From an uncultured delta proteobacterium (GTDB taxonomy: Bacteria; Myxococcota_A; Polyangia; Fen-1088): a DNA stretch of 64,000 nucleotides. The stretch is taken from the NCBI GenBank assembly GCA_963737265.1, contig CAVTRY010000021.1, positions 192,001 to 256,000 on the forward strand. The letters are read 5' to 3'. Position numbers and translations under genes: made by a program. Below, piece by piece: positions 16,999 to 26,982 of this stretch. The notes beneath the pieces were generated by a model. That model worked only from the letters and a program-made list of their open reading frames with translations. It was not told the origin of the DNA and searched no databases. How positions within the stretch are numbered: position 1 is the stretch's first letter; each line of letters starts with the position of its first letter.

Positions 16999-18505
16999 GG
17001 CCGGGATAGGCGAGCTGCGCTTCCACCTTGCGCGCGATGTCCTTGGACAGGACACGCGCCTGTTCGTCGTTCACCTTGGTGTTCTCCACCAGGATGCGTA
17101 CTTCGCGGCCGGCCTGGATGGCAAAGGCGCGCTCCACGCCGGCGAAGCTCGCCGCGATCTTTTCCAGATCGTCGAGCCGCTGCACGTAGGATTCCAAGGA
17201 CTCGCGCCGCGCACCCGGCCGCTGGTTCGACAGCACGTTGGCCGCGTCGACGATGTGATCGAGCACGTCTTCCACCGGAACATCACCGTGATGGGCCTCG
17301 ATGGCGTGGCAGATCTTGGGCGATTCGCCGAACTTGCGCGCCATAACGGCGCCAGCCACGGCATGTGAACCGTCGACTTCCTGATCGACGCCGCAGCCGA
17401 TGTCGTGCAAGAGCCCGGCCCGGCGCGCGACCTTGACCGGATAGCCAAGCTCGCCAGCGATGGTGCCGGCGAGAAAACCCACCTCGATCGAGTGGTGAAG
17501 CAGGTTCTGCGCCGTGCCCGAACGAAAGCGAAGCTTGCCGAGCAGTCGGCCGAGATCGGGGTGCAGCCGGCCGATTCCGAGATCGAAAGCCGCTTGGTCG
17601 CCAGCCTCTTTGCACTGTTGCTCAACCTCGTCGGTGGCCTTGCGCACCATCTCTTCGATGCGGGTTGGGTGGATGCGGCCGTCGGCGATAAGCCGGGTCA
17701 GCGCCAAGCGGGCGATCTCGCGGCGCACGGGATTGAAGCAGGAAATGACGACCGCTTCCGGTGTGTCGTCGATGATAAGATCGATGCCGGTGGCGGATTC
17801 GAGGGCGCGGATGTTGCGCCCCTCGCGTCCGATAATACGGCCCTTCATGTCGTCCGACGGCAGCGGAACCACGGCCACGGTGCGCTCGGCAACGTATTCG
17901 CTGGCGTAGCGCTGAACGGCCGCGCCGAGAATGAGCTGCGACTTCTGCTTAGCCTCCTCATGCGCCTCGGCCTCGATGCGCTTGACTTCGCTGGCCGCCG
18001 CCGCGCGCGCTTCGGCCTCCACCTCGGCGGCGAGCAGCTTGCGCGCCTCGGCCTCGCTGATGCCGGCGATCTTTTCCAGGCGGGCGCGCGCTTCGCCGGC
18101 CTGAACGGCCGCGGTTCGCGCCACGGTTTCGGCGGTTTGTTCGCGCGCTAGAAGCTGTTTCTCCTTGCGCACGAGGTTCTCGCGCTCGGCCTTCATCTCG
18201 CGATCGCGCCTGTCCGCGGCCTCCGCGCGCGCGCGCACCTCCGCAGCGCCCCGATCGAGCTCCTGTCGCCGGGCACGCAGCTCGTTTTCCACCTCGCTGC
18301 GAACCTTCTGCGCCACCTCCTTGGCCTCGACCACGGCCTGGCGCTTGATGGCGTCCGCCTCGCTGCCGGCGGCGTCCAGGACGCGCTTGCGCTCTTCTTC
18401 GCTTTCCGGAATCGCGTGCGGTTTGGATTGGCGGCCGAACAGAAATGCGACCAACCCGGCCACCACAGCGGCCAGAATTGCACCGACGATTGCTCCAACG
18501 GTCAT
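16946..18505 (-). CDS. rny: Ribonuclease Y
   Basis: N-terminal TM, coiled coil, KH 'DDMKGRIIGREGRNIRALE', HD 'GLLHDIG', C-terminal 'YPGQIRVSVVRETRAVDFAK'. Confidence 0.95.
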   Translation of the reverse strand: MTVGAIVGAILAAVVAGLVAFLFGRQSKPHAIPESEEERKRVLDAAGSEADAIKRQAVVEAKEVAQKVRSEVENELRARRQELDRGAAEVRARAEAADRRDREMKAERENLVRKEKQLLAREQTAETVARTAAVQAGEARARLEKIAGISEAEARKLLAAEVEAEARAAAASEVKRIEAEAHEEAKQKSQLILGAAVQRYASEYVAERTVAVVPLPSDDMKGRIIGREGRNIRALESATGIDLIIDDTPEAVVISCFNPVRREIARLALTRLIADGRIHPTRIEEMVRKATDEVEQQCKEAGDQAAFDLGIGRLHPDLGRLLGKLRFRSGTAQNLLHHSIEVGFLAGTIAGELGYPVKVARRAGLLHDIGCGVDQEVDGSHAVAGAVMARKFGESPKICHAIEAHHGDVPVEDVLDHIVDAANVLSNQRPGARRESLESYVQRLDDLEKIAASFAGVERAFAIQAGREVRILVENTKVNDEQARVLSKDIARKVEAQLAYPGQIRVSVVRETRAVDFAK

Positions 18506-18514
18506 ACTTCTCTC

Positions 18515-19153
18515 TCAGTCATTCGATGCGCGACAACGAACGACACGCTCGTTCGTGACGATGCAATCGAGTGGGATGTCCCATTCGCCCGTGGGACAGG
18601 TTTCGAGCAATTGAAAATCGTAAGCAAAGCCGACGAACAGGGCCGTCGTGGCGTCGGGATGCGCCCGCACGTAGGCGGCCAATTCGTCGTAGTAGCCGCC
18701 ACCGTAACCGATGCGTGCCCCGCGCTTGTCGAAAGCCAGACCTGGCACCATGAACACGTCGATGTCTTGCGGCGCGATCTCGGGACAGTCCGTCGCAGGT
18801 TCGAGCAGGCCGAAAATGCCGAACACCAGCTCGGACTTGCTCGCCACGCGATGGAAACGCAGGCGCGGTGGGATAAGCCCCGTGCTCACGCGCGGCAGCA
18901 CGACATCGATCTCGCGCCGCCGGAGCTCGACGAGCAGGTGCTCGGTGTCTGCTTCCGAACGCGTGGAAACAAATCCCGCCACGGTTCGCGCCGCGCGCAT
19001 CTCGGGCAAGGCGAGCAGCAGCTCGGTGGCTTGACCCGCCATGCGTTCCCGCTCTTCGCGCGAGAGCGCATCCCTCTGCTCGGCCATGGCGCGGCGAAGG
19101 GCGCGCTTTTCTTCCCTCAGCGACAGTTCGTTCGAAAGCATCGCCGCAAACAT
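18515..19153 (-). CDS. 5-formyltetrahydrofolate cyclo-ligase
   Basis: 'VPGLAFD..GARIGYGGGYYD'; usual neighbour of rny. Confidence 0.92.
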   Translation of the reverse strand: MFAAMLSNELSLREEKRALRRAMAEQRDALSREERERMAGQATELLLALPEMRAARTVAGFVSTRSEADTEHLLVELRRREIDVVLPRVSTGLIPPRLRFHRVASKSELVFGIFGLLEPATDCPEIAPQDIDVFMVPGLAFDKRGARIGYGGGYYDELAAYVRAHPDATTALFVGFAYDFQLLETCPTGEWDIPLDCIVTNERVVRCRASND

Positions 19154-19553
19154 TCTCGTCCCGCCGCTTTCGTCACTCTTGCCCTGCTTGCCTTCCTTGG
19201 ACCAGGCTGGTCAGCTGGCAGAATGATCGGCCACGCCAAGTGCAACTTGGGTGGCACGTCGAGAACAAGGACGTTTCCTCGTGGAAAAGAAGTTGTGAAG
19301 TTGGGGACATCTATGTTGAACGCCCGCCTGCGCCGCGGAAAGCCGAGCACAGCTAGACGTGATGGCAGCACTATACCTGAAAATCCGTCGGGTTACTCAC
19401 CGAGCAACTTCATGCCGTCTCCTCGATGATTCGCCGCCTGAGCGTCGCGCCATTCCCTGCTCCGCTGCCAGAACCGCACCCCTCCGACCGGTCCCGTGCG
19501 CTGCCGTCCGCTGGCATTGACAGGCTCCGGCATCCGAGAACAGAATCCATGGC

Positions 19554-19949
19554 GTGCGAACGACTCTGCAGCGGATCGCCTGTGCCTTGCGCGTTTCGGG
19601 TCTCGTGACCTTGGTGCTCGTCGTTTCTGGGTGCGACGGCAGCGCCGGTCCCCCGGACACTGGGTATGGAAAAGGAGAACCCGTACCGGCCACGAGGAAC
19701 TGTTCCGATCTGTGCGCGCGGGTCGGGGATTGCGCTGGAAATCTCTGCGCCGAGGACAAGCAGTCCGCCGCCTATCTGGGATTGGGCAGCGCGCTTACCG
19801 CTGAGTGCATGTCCACATGCACGGACGCCGAGGTGGCCTCCACCATCACGCCGGTGCAATGGTCGTGTTTGTTCGAGAAGAGCTGCCGTGAGGTCTTCGG
19901 CCAGGATGCCTGCGGCACACCCAACACCTCATATCGGTGCAGCAACTAG
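19554..19949 (+). CDS. Cys-rich putative lipoprotein
   Basis: Signal peptide with VSGC lipobox; CxxxC repeats. Confidence 0.7.
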   Translation: MRTTLQRIACALRVSGLVTLVLVVSGCDGSAGPPDTGYGKGEPVPATRNCSDLCARVGDCAGNLCAEDKQSAAYLGLGSALTAECMSTCTDAEVASTITPVQWSCLFEKSCREVFGQDACGTPNTSYRCSN

Positions 19950-20055
19950 GCCGGAGAGTGCAGTCCGAGGAGCGGGAGCCTCGGACCCAACCGCCGTCGG
20001 GGTCTGGGGAAAGACCGCGCTTTCGACCACCCGTCGCGCTACACTCCCGCCCGTC

Positions 20056-20628
20056 ATGCAAGCCATCGCCATCTCCGGGAGTCCCCGCAAACAAGGCAAT
20101 ACCGAGACACTTCTCCAGCACTGTCTCGATCGGCTGGCCGAGCAGGGCGTGGCTGGCGAGCTCGTGTCGCTGCGAGACAAGACCGTCAAAGGCTGCCGGG
20201 CGTGCGCCACCTGCAATCGCTTGCGGGACAAGACCTGCTACCAGAAGGACGACGACTTCCATCCTGTCTTCGAGAAGATGCAGCACGCCGACATCATCGT
20301 CGTCGGATCGCCGGTCTACTTCGGCTCGGCCACACCAGAAATGATGGCGCTGCTCGACCGGGCAGGCTACGTGTCGCGCGCCAACGGCAATTTCTTTTCG
20401 CGCAAGGTGGGCGGCCCGGTGGCGATTGCCCGGCGCGCGGGGCACAACTTCACCTTCGCCCAGCTGCTCATGTGGTTCATGATCAACGACATGGTCGTGC
20501 CGGGATCGTCGTACTGGAACGTGGCGCTGGCGCGCGAAGCCGGCGAAGCAGCAAACGACAAAGAAGCCTGGGCCACCATCGAGCGCTTCGCCGACAATCT
20601 GGCCTGGCTGGCCGGGCGCCTGGCCTAG
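20056..20628 (+). CDS. Flavodoxin-family / iron-sulfur flavoprotein (Isf-like)
   Basis: 'GSPRKQGNT', CRACATC...C cluster motif, 'GSPVYFG'. Confidence 0.9.
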   Translation: MQAIAISGSPRKQGNTETLLQHCLDRLAEQGVAGELVSLRDKTVKGCRACATCNRLRDKTCYQKDDDFHPVFEKMQHADIIVVGSPVYFGSATPEMMALLDRAGYVSRANGNFFSRKVGGPVAIARRAGHNFTFAQLLMWFMINDMVVPGSSYWNVALAREAGEAANDKEAWATIERFADNLAWLAGRLA

Positions 20629-20630
20629 TC

Positions 20631-20819
20631 ATGGAATCGCGCCTGGTCGACCTCGAAGTCCGCTACACCCACCTCGCGCGCCAAATGGAAGAGCTCAGCC
20701 AGGTGGTTTTCGCCCAACAGAAGACGATCGATCGTCTGACCCAGGAGCTGGCGGCATGGCGGGCGGGCGCAGCGGGCGTGGAAGATGGGCCGGGGCTGGA
20801 ACGCCCGCCGCACTATTGA
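20631..20819 (+). CDS. slyX: SlyX family protein
   Basis: 'RLVDLEVR...EELSQVV..QQ..IDRL' and C-terminal 'ERPPHY'. Confidence 0.9.
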   Translation: MESRLVDLEVRYTHLARQMEELSQVVFAQQKTIDRLTQELAAWRAGAAGVEDGPGLERPPHY

Positions 20820-21170
20820 ACGCGGTCGCATTGGCCGCGCACGTGGGCGCGACGCCGCTTTCGTCGCCCTCCCAGCTCTCAACCGGCTGCCGCAGCAAGC
20901 AGTCATACATGCGGCTTAACTCGGCTTTGCAAATCGCCCAATGGCCATGGACTCGCATCCATGAACAACCGCTGCTGCCGGCGCCGTTGGTTCTGTCGTG
21001 GGTCAGTTTACAAGAGCAGCGCTACTTGTGCTTTGCAGGGGAAAGCGATTCACCTGAATCTCATTCAGCCGGTACAGACGGACGGCCCGAACATCTTTCG
21101 CCATGGCAAAGGTGTCTCGCCCGGCGTGAATGACGTCGAGAGAATCCAGCTTGAGATCGTGCAGCGCCGC

Positions 21171-21356
21171 ACGGGCAGGCTCATGTCAAACGTAACATCG
21201 GCAGCCGCGTCCTTTGTCCCCAGGGGTGCGACGACACCACAGACGATCAGATTTGATTTCGGCAACGGGACCGCCGCGGGCGGCTCAGGCCTCGACGGCC
21301 TAACTCAATACGCCGCGACCTCCGCGATCAGCTTCATCAGCGCAGAACCCACGTAG
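21171..21356 (+). pseudogene. Fragment resembling the flagellar hook FlgE D2 region
   Basis: 'TGRLMSNVT...FVPRGATTPQTIRFDFGNGTAAGGSGLDGLTQYAATSAISF' resembles FlgE 'GA..Q...FNFG......G.TQ....S'. Confidence 0.5.
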
Positions 21357-21369
21357 CGCCCATGCCCGC

Positions 21370-22269
21370 TTACCTGTGGGCGCGAAAGGCGCCGGCCACG
21401 CCGAGCAAGACCAGCCCCGCGCCGAGCAGAGTGACGCCGGCGATGCGCTCGCCAAGCAGGAGCCAACCCAGGAACGCGGCGATCACCGGGTTGACGTAGC
21501 CGTAGGTGAAGACCAGGCGCGTGGGCAGAAGGTGCAGCGCCTTGAGGAACGATGTGAAGGCGATGAGCGATCCGAACACCAACAAAAAGGCGAAGCCGAG
21601 CCAGGCGGTGGCGGTCGGGTTGGGGATGGGCTCGCGAAAGACAAGCGACAGCGCCGCCACGCCGATGCCACCAAACAGCATCTGATAGGCGGCGCTGACC
21701 ATGGCATCCAGTGCGACTGGGCGGCGACGCTGCAACAGCGACCCGCCGCCCCAGCTCAAGGCCGCGACGAGCAGGACCACGACCGCCACGGCATCGGCGC
21801 GGACACCGCTGCGCAGGGCCGGATAGCCGATGAGCCCGGCGCCCGCGAAACCGGCGAGCAGAGCAAAGGCCACGAGCCGCGACGGCAGGCGCCGGTCGGC
21901 GATGCTTTCGAGCAAGGTGACCCAAATCGGCGTCGAGGCGATGAGAATGGCCGCGAGCGCGCTGTTCACATGTTGCTCGGCCACCACCACGAAGCCGTTG
22001 CCGAACGCCCACAGCAACACGCCCGAGGCGGCCAGCAGGGGAAGCTCGCGGCGCGCGGGCCGGAGGCGCAAACCGTGCGCCTTGGCCCACAGCAGGAGCA
22101 GCGGAAAGGCAAGCAGACAGCGCATGGCCGCGAGTGCAAACGGCGGAAATCCGGCGCCCGGACGAACCGCCACGCGGATCGCCAGATAGGTGCTGCTCCA
22201 CACAATGTAAACGACAAAAAGGTGTGCGAGCCCGCGCCATGAAACCGGGGGCTGTGCTTGCGAAGTCAT
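21370..22269 (-). CDS. EamA/DMT family transporter (YedA-like)
   Basis: 'VYIVWSSTYLAIR', 'FGSLIAF', 'YVNPVIA..LGWL.LGE'. Confidence 0.9.
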   Translation of the reverse strand: MTSQAQPPVSWRGLAHLFVVYIVWSSTYLAIRVAVRPGAGFPPFALAAMRCLLAFPLLLLWAKAHGLRLRPARRELPLLAASGVLLWAFGNGFVVVAEQHVNSALAAILIASTPIWVTLLESIADRRLPSRLVAFALLAGFAGAGLIGYPALRSGVRADAVAVVVLLVAALSWGGGSLLQRRRPVALDAMVSAAYQMLFGGIGVAALSLVFREPIPNPTATAWLGFAFLLVFGSLIAFTSFLKALHLLPTRLVFTYGYVNPVIAAFLGWLLLGERIAGVTLLGAGLVLLGVAGAFRAHR

Positions 22270-22398
22270 GCCGTGGCGAAAGTAGCAGACGATCGGCGGC
22301 AAGCGGACTGCAAAGCGAGCGTCGAGGGCAAGCAAGCCCTGGCCGCACAGTCGGCAAATCCAAAGGCCGCCCGCCGGACTTGGCGTAAACTACGCCGC

Positions 22399-22644
22399 AT
22401 GCGTGCGATCTTCATGCTCATCAAGACCGACCTCGGCCATGTGACCGATGTGGCGAATCACATCGCCGAGATCGAAAGCTTCTCGGAGGCGTTCAGCATC
22501 AGCGGCGAGTACGACCTACTCGTCAAGCTCTACGTCGATGACGTCGACAGCATCGGCCGCCTCATCGAGCAGCAAATCCATCCCATCCCCCACATCCGCG
22601 AGACGCACACCATTCTGACCTTCGAGGCGTTCCAGAACGCGTAG
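22399..22644 (+). CDS. Lrp/AsnC ligand-binding domain protein
   Basis: 'SISGEYDLLVK', 'IRETHT'; no HTH. Confidence 0.85.
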   Translation: MRAIFMLIKTDLGHVTDVANHIAEIESFSEAFSISGEYDLLVKLYVDDVDSIGRLIEQQIHPIPHIRETHTILTFEAFQNA

Positions 22645-22660
22645 CCGCGCGGAGCGCCAC

Positions 22661-24328
22661 TTACGACGCCTTCGACCGACGCAACATTTCTTCGGCGTGG
22701 GCGGCGGCTTGAGCGGTAGGCGTTGCACCGCCCAGCATGCGCGCGATTTCGTCGCGGCGTTCTTGATCCGAAAGCTGCACCACCCGCACCGTGGTGCGCG
22801 TCTTGGTCGATTCCTTGCTGACCTTGATGTGCTGACCGGCGAACGCGGCGATCTGAGGCAGGTGGGTAACCACCAAGACCTGCTTGTGCTGGGCAATCGC
22901 CAGGAGCTTTCGGCCGATGACCTCGGCCATGCCACCGCCCACGCCAGCATCGACCTCATCGAAAACGTAGGTCGTGGCCTGGCCTTCGCGCGCCAGCGCC
23001 TGGGTCACCGCCAGCATCACACGCGACAGCTCGCCGCCCGAGGCGATGCGGTCGAGGGGCCGCGGCTCCACGCCGGGATTGGGCGCGAATTGGAAGCGCA
23101 CGCGGTCGCGGCCTTTTCCACCGAGCGTTTCGCGATCCTCGACGGCGATGGGCACGCGCGCGCCGGACAAGCCGAGGTCGCGCAAGGTTTCGTCGATGCG
23201 CTTGCCAAGGGTGCGCGCCGCCTTCTGCCGTTTTTCGCTCAACCGATCGGACAGCTCGCCCATGTGCTTTTCCGCCTCGGCCACGGCCGCGCGCCGGCTG
23301 GCCAGGCCCTCCTCGAACGAACCCAGCTCGGAAAGCTCGAACGCCATTTCTTCCCGCCGTTTGACGGCGGCCTCGACCGAACCGCCGTGCTTGCGCACGA
23401 GCCGACCAATCAGAAACAGCCGCTCTTCGATCTCGCCCAGCCGCTCGGGCTCGAAGCGCATCTTGCCTGCGTAGCGCGATAGCGACGATGCGGCGTCCTC
23501 GACCTGGGCTTGCGCCCCTTGCAGGCTCTCGACCACCGGCGCCAGCGCCGGATCGATCTGCGCCAGGGCCGCGATCTCGCGCGCCACGGAGGCAATGCGG
23601 CCTGCGGCTGCGTCCTCGCCGGAATAGAGCGCATCCTCGCCCCGCGTGCAGGCGGCGACGAATTTCTCGGCGCCTTTGCAGCGCTCGCGCTCCACGCGCA
23701 AGGTATCGTCCTCGCCAGGTTTCAAGTCGGCCTGTTCGAGCTCGGTCAGTTGAAAGCGCAAAAGATCCTCGCGCTCGCTGCGCGCCCGCGCATCCGCGTC
23801 GAATTCCGCCAAAGCCGCGCGCGCCCCGGACAGCGCCTGGAACGCCTGCTTCGCTTCGCCGAGGGTGGCTGCGTTGCCCGCGAAGGCATCGACAATCGCA
23901 AGCTGACTTTCCGGATCCATCAAGAGCTGTTGATCGTGCTGCGAGGTGATGGCGCACAGCCGGCCTGCGCTGGCCGCCAGATCCGCCGCCGTGGCCAGCC
24001 CGCCGCCGAGATGAATCCGCCCTCGGCCCGCACGGGCGATGGCGCGGCGAACGACCAAGCCTTCGCCGAGATCGCGCCCGTCGTCGAGCAACTGCTGGCG
24101 AAACTCCGAGTCGGCGGCGATGTCGAAAATGGCCTCCACGCGCGCCTCGTCCGCGCCGGCACGAATCAGATCGGCACTGGCACGTCCGCCGCGCAGCAGG
24201 CCCAAGGCCTCGACCAGGATGCTCTTGCCCGCACCGGTTTCGCCCGTGATGACGGTCAAGCCCGGCCCGAAGGAAAGCTCGACCTCGTCGATGAGCGCAA
24301 AGCCAGATACGCGGAGCAGTGTCAGCAT
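22661..24328 (-). CDS. recN: DNA repair protein RecN
   Basis: 'TGETGAGKS', 'ASGGELSR', 'FDEVDAGVGG', 'VTHLPQIA'. Confidence 0.97.
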   Translation of the reverse strand: MLTLLRVSGFALIDEVELSFGPGLTVITGETGAGKSILVEALGLLRGGRASADLIRAGADEARVEAIFDIAADSEFRQQLLDDGRDLGEGLVVRRAIARAGRGRIHLGGGLATAADLAASAGRLCAITSQHDQQLLMDPESQLAIVDAFAGNAATLGEAKQAFQALSGARAALAEFDADARARSEREDLLRFQLTELEQADLKPGEDDTLRVERERCKGAEKFVAACTRGEDALYSGEDAAAGRIASVAREIAALAQIDPALAPVVESLQGAQAQVEDAASSLSRYAGKMRFEPERLGEIEERLFLIGRLVRKHGGSVEAAVKRREEMAFELSELGSFEEGLASRRAAVAEAEKHMGELSDRLSEKRQKAARTLGKRIDETLRDLGLSGARVPIAVEDRETLGGKGRDRVRFQFAPNPGVEPRPLDRIASGGELSRVMLAVTQALAREGQATTYVFDEVDAGVGGGMAEVIGRKLLAIAQHKQVLVVTHLPQIAAFAGQHIKVSKESTKTRTTVRVVQLSDQERRDEIARMLGGATPTAQAAAHAEEMLRRSKAS

Positions 24329-24392
24329 GTTTGGTGTTTCGGCAAAGGCGAAGTCCGAGTTGCGCGCCAGTCCCGACTATTCCATGCCCGGT

Positions 24393-25247
24393 TCACGCCT
24401 TGCGCTCCCCCCACGAAAGTTTCTGGCGAAGAATCTTGAAGAACGAGTGGTCGGGCCGAAAAACCCGCAGGCGACGCTCCATCTTGCGAACCTCGACGAC
24501 GTCGCCGGGGGCTATCTCGCGGCTCCAGTGACCATCGACGGTAAGTACGCCGTGATAGCGCGAAACATTGGTGACGGTCACGCCCAGATCGGCGCGCACG
24601 ACGAGCGGGCGGTTGGAAAGTGTGTGCGGACAGATAGGGGTCAGGACGATGGCTTCGAGATCCGGGCTCAGGATCGGGCCGGCCGCCGAAAGGTTGTAGG
24701 CCGTCGATCCGGTTGGCGTGCACAGAATCAACCCGTCGGCCTTATAGGTGGTGATGGTGTCGCCGTTGGTCGAGGCCAAAAGATCCATCAAACGCGCAAC
24801 CTCGCGCTGGTTGATGACCGCCTCGTTGAGCGCGCTCTGCCGTTCGACCTGTCCGTCCTTCCCGCGCAGGGTGACGAGCAGGCGCATGCGCTCTTCGATG
24901 GGCAGACGACCATCCGCAGCGTCGGCAAGCGCGGCGCGTGCTTCGTTCACCGAGTACGGCGTGAGAAATCCCAGGCTGCCCAGGTTGAGTCCGAGCAATG
25001 GCACGTCGTGGTCGGCGACGAGCTTGGCGCCATGAAGAAAGGTTCCGTCGCCACCAAGCGCGACCATCACATCGATTCGGGCGCCGATGCTCGCGCCCGG
25101 CACGCCGGGGTAGCCAGCCGGCACGCCCTGCCCGTAGTCCTCGACGAACAGGACGTCGCAGCCGCGGGCTCGCAGGATGTCAGCGAAGCTCGCCGCGAGA
25201 CTGGGCGCCTCGGGACTGCCGCGCCTGACAAGAAATCCAAAACGCAT
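24393..25247 (-). CDS. nadK: NAD+ kinase
   Basis: 'GGDGTFL', 'ALNE', 'TPTGSTAYNLSAAGP'. Confidence 0.95.
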   Translation of the reverse strand: MRFGFLVRRGSPEAPSLAASFADILRARGCDVLFVEDYGQGVPAGYPGVPGASIGARIDVMVALGGDGTFLHGAKLVADHDVPLLGLNLGSLGFLTPYSVNEARAALADAADGRLPIEERMRLLVTLRGKDGQVERQSALNEAVINQREVARLMDLLASTNGDTITTYKADGLILCTPTGSTAYNLSAAGPILSPDLEAIVLTPICPHTLSNRPLVVRADLGVTVTNVSRYHGVLTVDGHWSREIAPGDVVEVRKMERRLRVFRPDHSFFKILRQKLSWGERKA

Positions 25248-25401
25248 CGGCGCGATTATGGCACGGACCCACGCACTCCGGCACGCACACTCGCGGGACG
25301 CCGGTGACAATTTGCGGACCCTGCGAAGACCTGCCAACGAATGGGCCGCACTCCCAACGGATGTGCGGCCTGCCGTTGCGCCTCCCGGCGCTGTGCGCAG
25401 C

Positions 25402-25590
25402 CTAGGGCTGCATTTCGTAGAAAATCGTGATGCTAAGGCAGTGGAACTCCCGATCCGAGCTCTGCGTCACAACCTTATCAATAATCCGAGCCTTGGGATT
25501 GTCGTGAATCCAACGAGTCAAGACCTCACCGAGCTCATCGCGGTCCTTCGCCTTCGTGGCGGTGAATACCTTTGCCCCCATCATTGGCAC
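25402..25590 (-). CDS. Small hypothetical protein of a type seen in myxobacteria
   Basis: GAAGGAGA RBS; 'KVFTATKAKDRDELGE...VVTQSSDREFHCLSITIFY'. Confidence 0.75.
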   Translation of the reverse strand: MPMMGAKVFTATKAKDRDELGEVLTRWIHDNPKARIIDKVVTQSSDREFHCLSITIFYEMQP

Positions 25591-25846
25591 TTCTCCTTCC
25601 GAACTGTCCTACAGAACACTGTTCGCAGAGCTCTCTCACAACCTGCGTGCGCCTTGAAATACGATCCTTAAAGCGAAAGGTAAATACTTTTTTTAGTAAT
25701 CTAACACACGGGTTTGTTTTTTCAAGTAACGCGCCGTTTTCTTGAACAGAGCTTGACCGTAACCACTCTCAATGGTTAATTCCTACCCCTCGGAAATTCG
25801 ACCCACCCTGTTCGGCCCCTGTGCCGGACCTCACCTGGAGAAATGC

Positions 25847-26062
25847 TTGGAGACACTGCTCGGACGCCCCCTCGAAGTAGAAGTTCGGGATTCCATCGAA
25901 AAAGCGATGAAAATCCTGAAGCAGAAGATGTCGAAAGAGGGCATCCTGCAGGAGATCAAGCGCCGTCGCTACCACGAGAAGCCGTCGGTCAAGCGCAAGC
26001 GCAAAATCCGCGAGGCGCGCAAGCGGCGCAGGCGCGAGGCCAAGAGGCGCGTGATCCGCTGA
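25847..26062 (+). CDS. rpsU: 30S ribosomal protein S21
   Basis: 'IEKAMKILK.K...EGILQEIKRRRYHEKPSVKRKRK'; GGAGA RBS before TTG. Confidence 0.92.
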   Translation: METLLGRPLEVEVRDSIEKAMKILKQKMSKEGILQEIKRRRYHEKPSVKRKRKIREARKRRRREAKRRVIR

Positions 26063-26964
26063 CGACCTGGATAGAAGTTCAGATCGAGACGCAGGCCGAG
26101 GCGGCCGAGATTTTGGCCGCCGAGGTCGGCCCGCTGGTGGGCGGTGTCGAACTGCGCGACGCTGGCACTCTGCTTTCGACCGCGCCGGGCCGGACGACAA
26201 TCGTAGCGCTATGCAAACCAGAGGATCGTGGCTTCCTGCTCGCAGCCGCGCACGAAACGCTGGCGACCGCGCGCGCCACCGGCCTGGCGGTGGATCCTGT
26301 TGCCATCCGCGAACGCACCGCGAACGAGGATGAGTGGCGCGATGTCTGGAAGCAATTCTTCAGAGCGACGCGCATCGGCCGTCGTTTCATCGTGCGGCCG
26401 AGCTGGGATCCGGGAAAGCCCGTGGCGGGTGAATTCATCATCGACCTCGACCCAGGCCGCGCCTTCGGCACTGGCGCCCATCCCTCCACCCGACTTGCCA
26501 TCGCGCTCGCCGAGGAGGTTTGCGCGAAGGAGCCAGGGATCGTGCGCTTCCTCGATCTTGGCTGTGGCTCGGGAATTCTCTCCATTGCGGCCGCTCGCCT
26601 TTGGCCGAAGGCAGCCGGCCTGGCCATCGACAACGATCCAGAGGCCACGGCGTGCAGCCAGGAAAACTTCGCGCGCAACCAGATAGGCGGCGTGGCGCTT
26701 CTCACCGGCACGCTCGACCAGGCGGAAGGATCCTTCGACGTCATCTTGGCCAATATCCAGGCCGACGTGCTTTGCGACCTCGCCTTGGCCATGGCGAGCA
26801 AGCTGTCGGCGACGGGCCACGCGATTCTCTCGGGTATCTTGTGCGAACAAGCGGACGACGTGCTTGCGGTCTTCGCCAGGTGCGGCTTCCAGCCATCGTT
26901 GCGCCAGGACGAAGGCGAGTGGAGCGGCCTTTTGCTCAACAAGGCAGGTTTGCCGCAGCGGTAG
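26059..26964 (+). CDS. prmA: Ribosomal protein L11 methyltransferase
   Basis: 'DPGRAFGTGAHPST', 'LDLGCGSGILS', 'ANI'; apparent start is a CTG overlapping the rpsU stop. Confidence 0.9.
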   Translation: MTTWIEVQIETQAEAAEILAAEVGPLVGGVELRDAGTLLSTAPGRTTIVALCKPEDRGFLLAAAHETLATARATGLAVDPVAIRERTANEDEWRDVWKQFFRATRIGRRFIVRPSWDPGKPVAGEFIIDLDPGRAFGTGAHPSTRLAIALAEEVCAKEPGIVRFLDLGCGSGILSIAAARLWPKAAGLAIDNDPEATACSQENFARNQIGGVALLTGTLDQAEGSFDVILANIQADVLCDLALAMASKLSATGHAILSGILCEQADDVLAVFARCGFQPSLRQDEGEWSGLLLNKAGLPQR

Positions 26965-26982
26965 CCAGAACGGGTAGCATTG

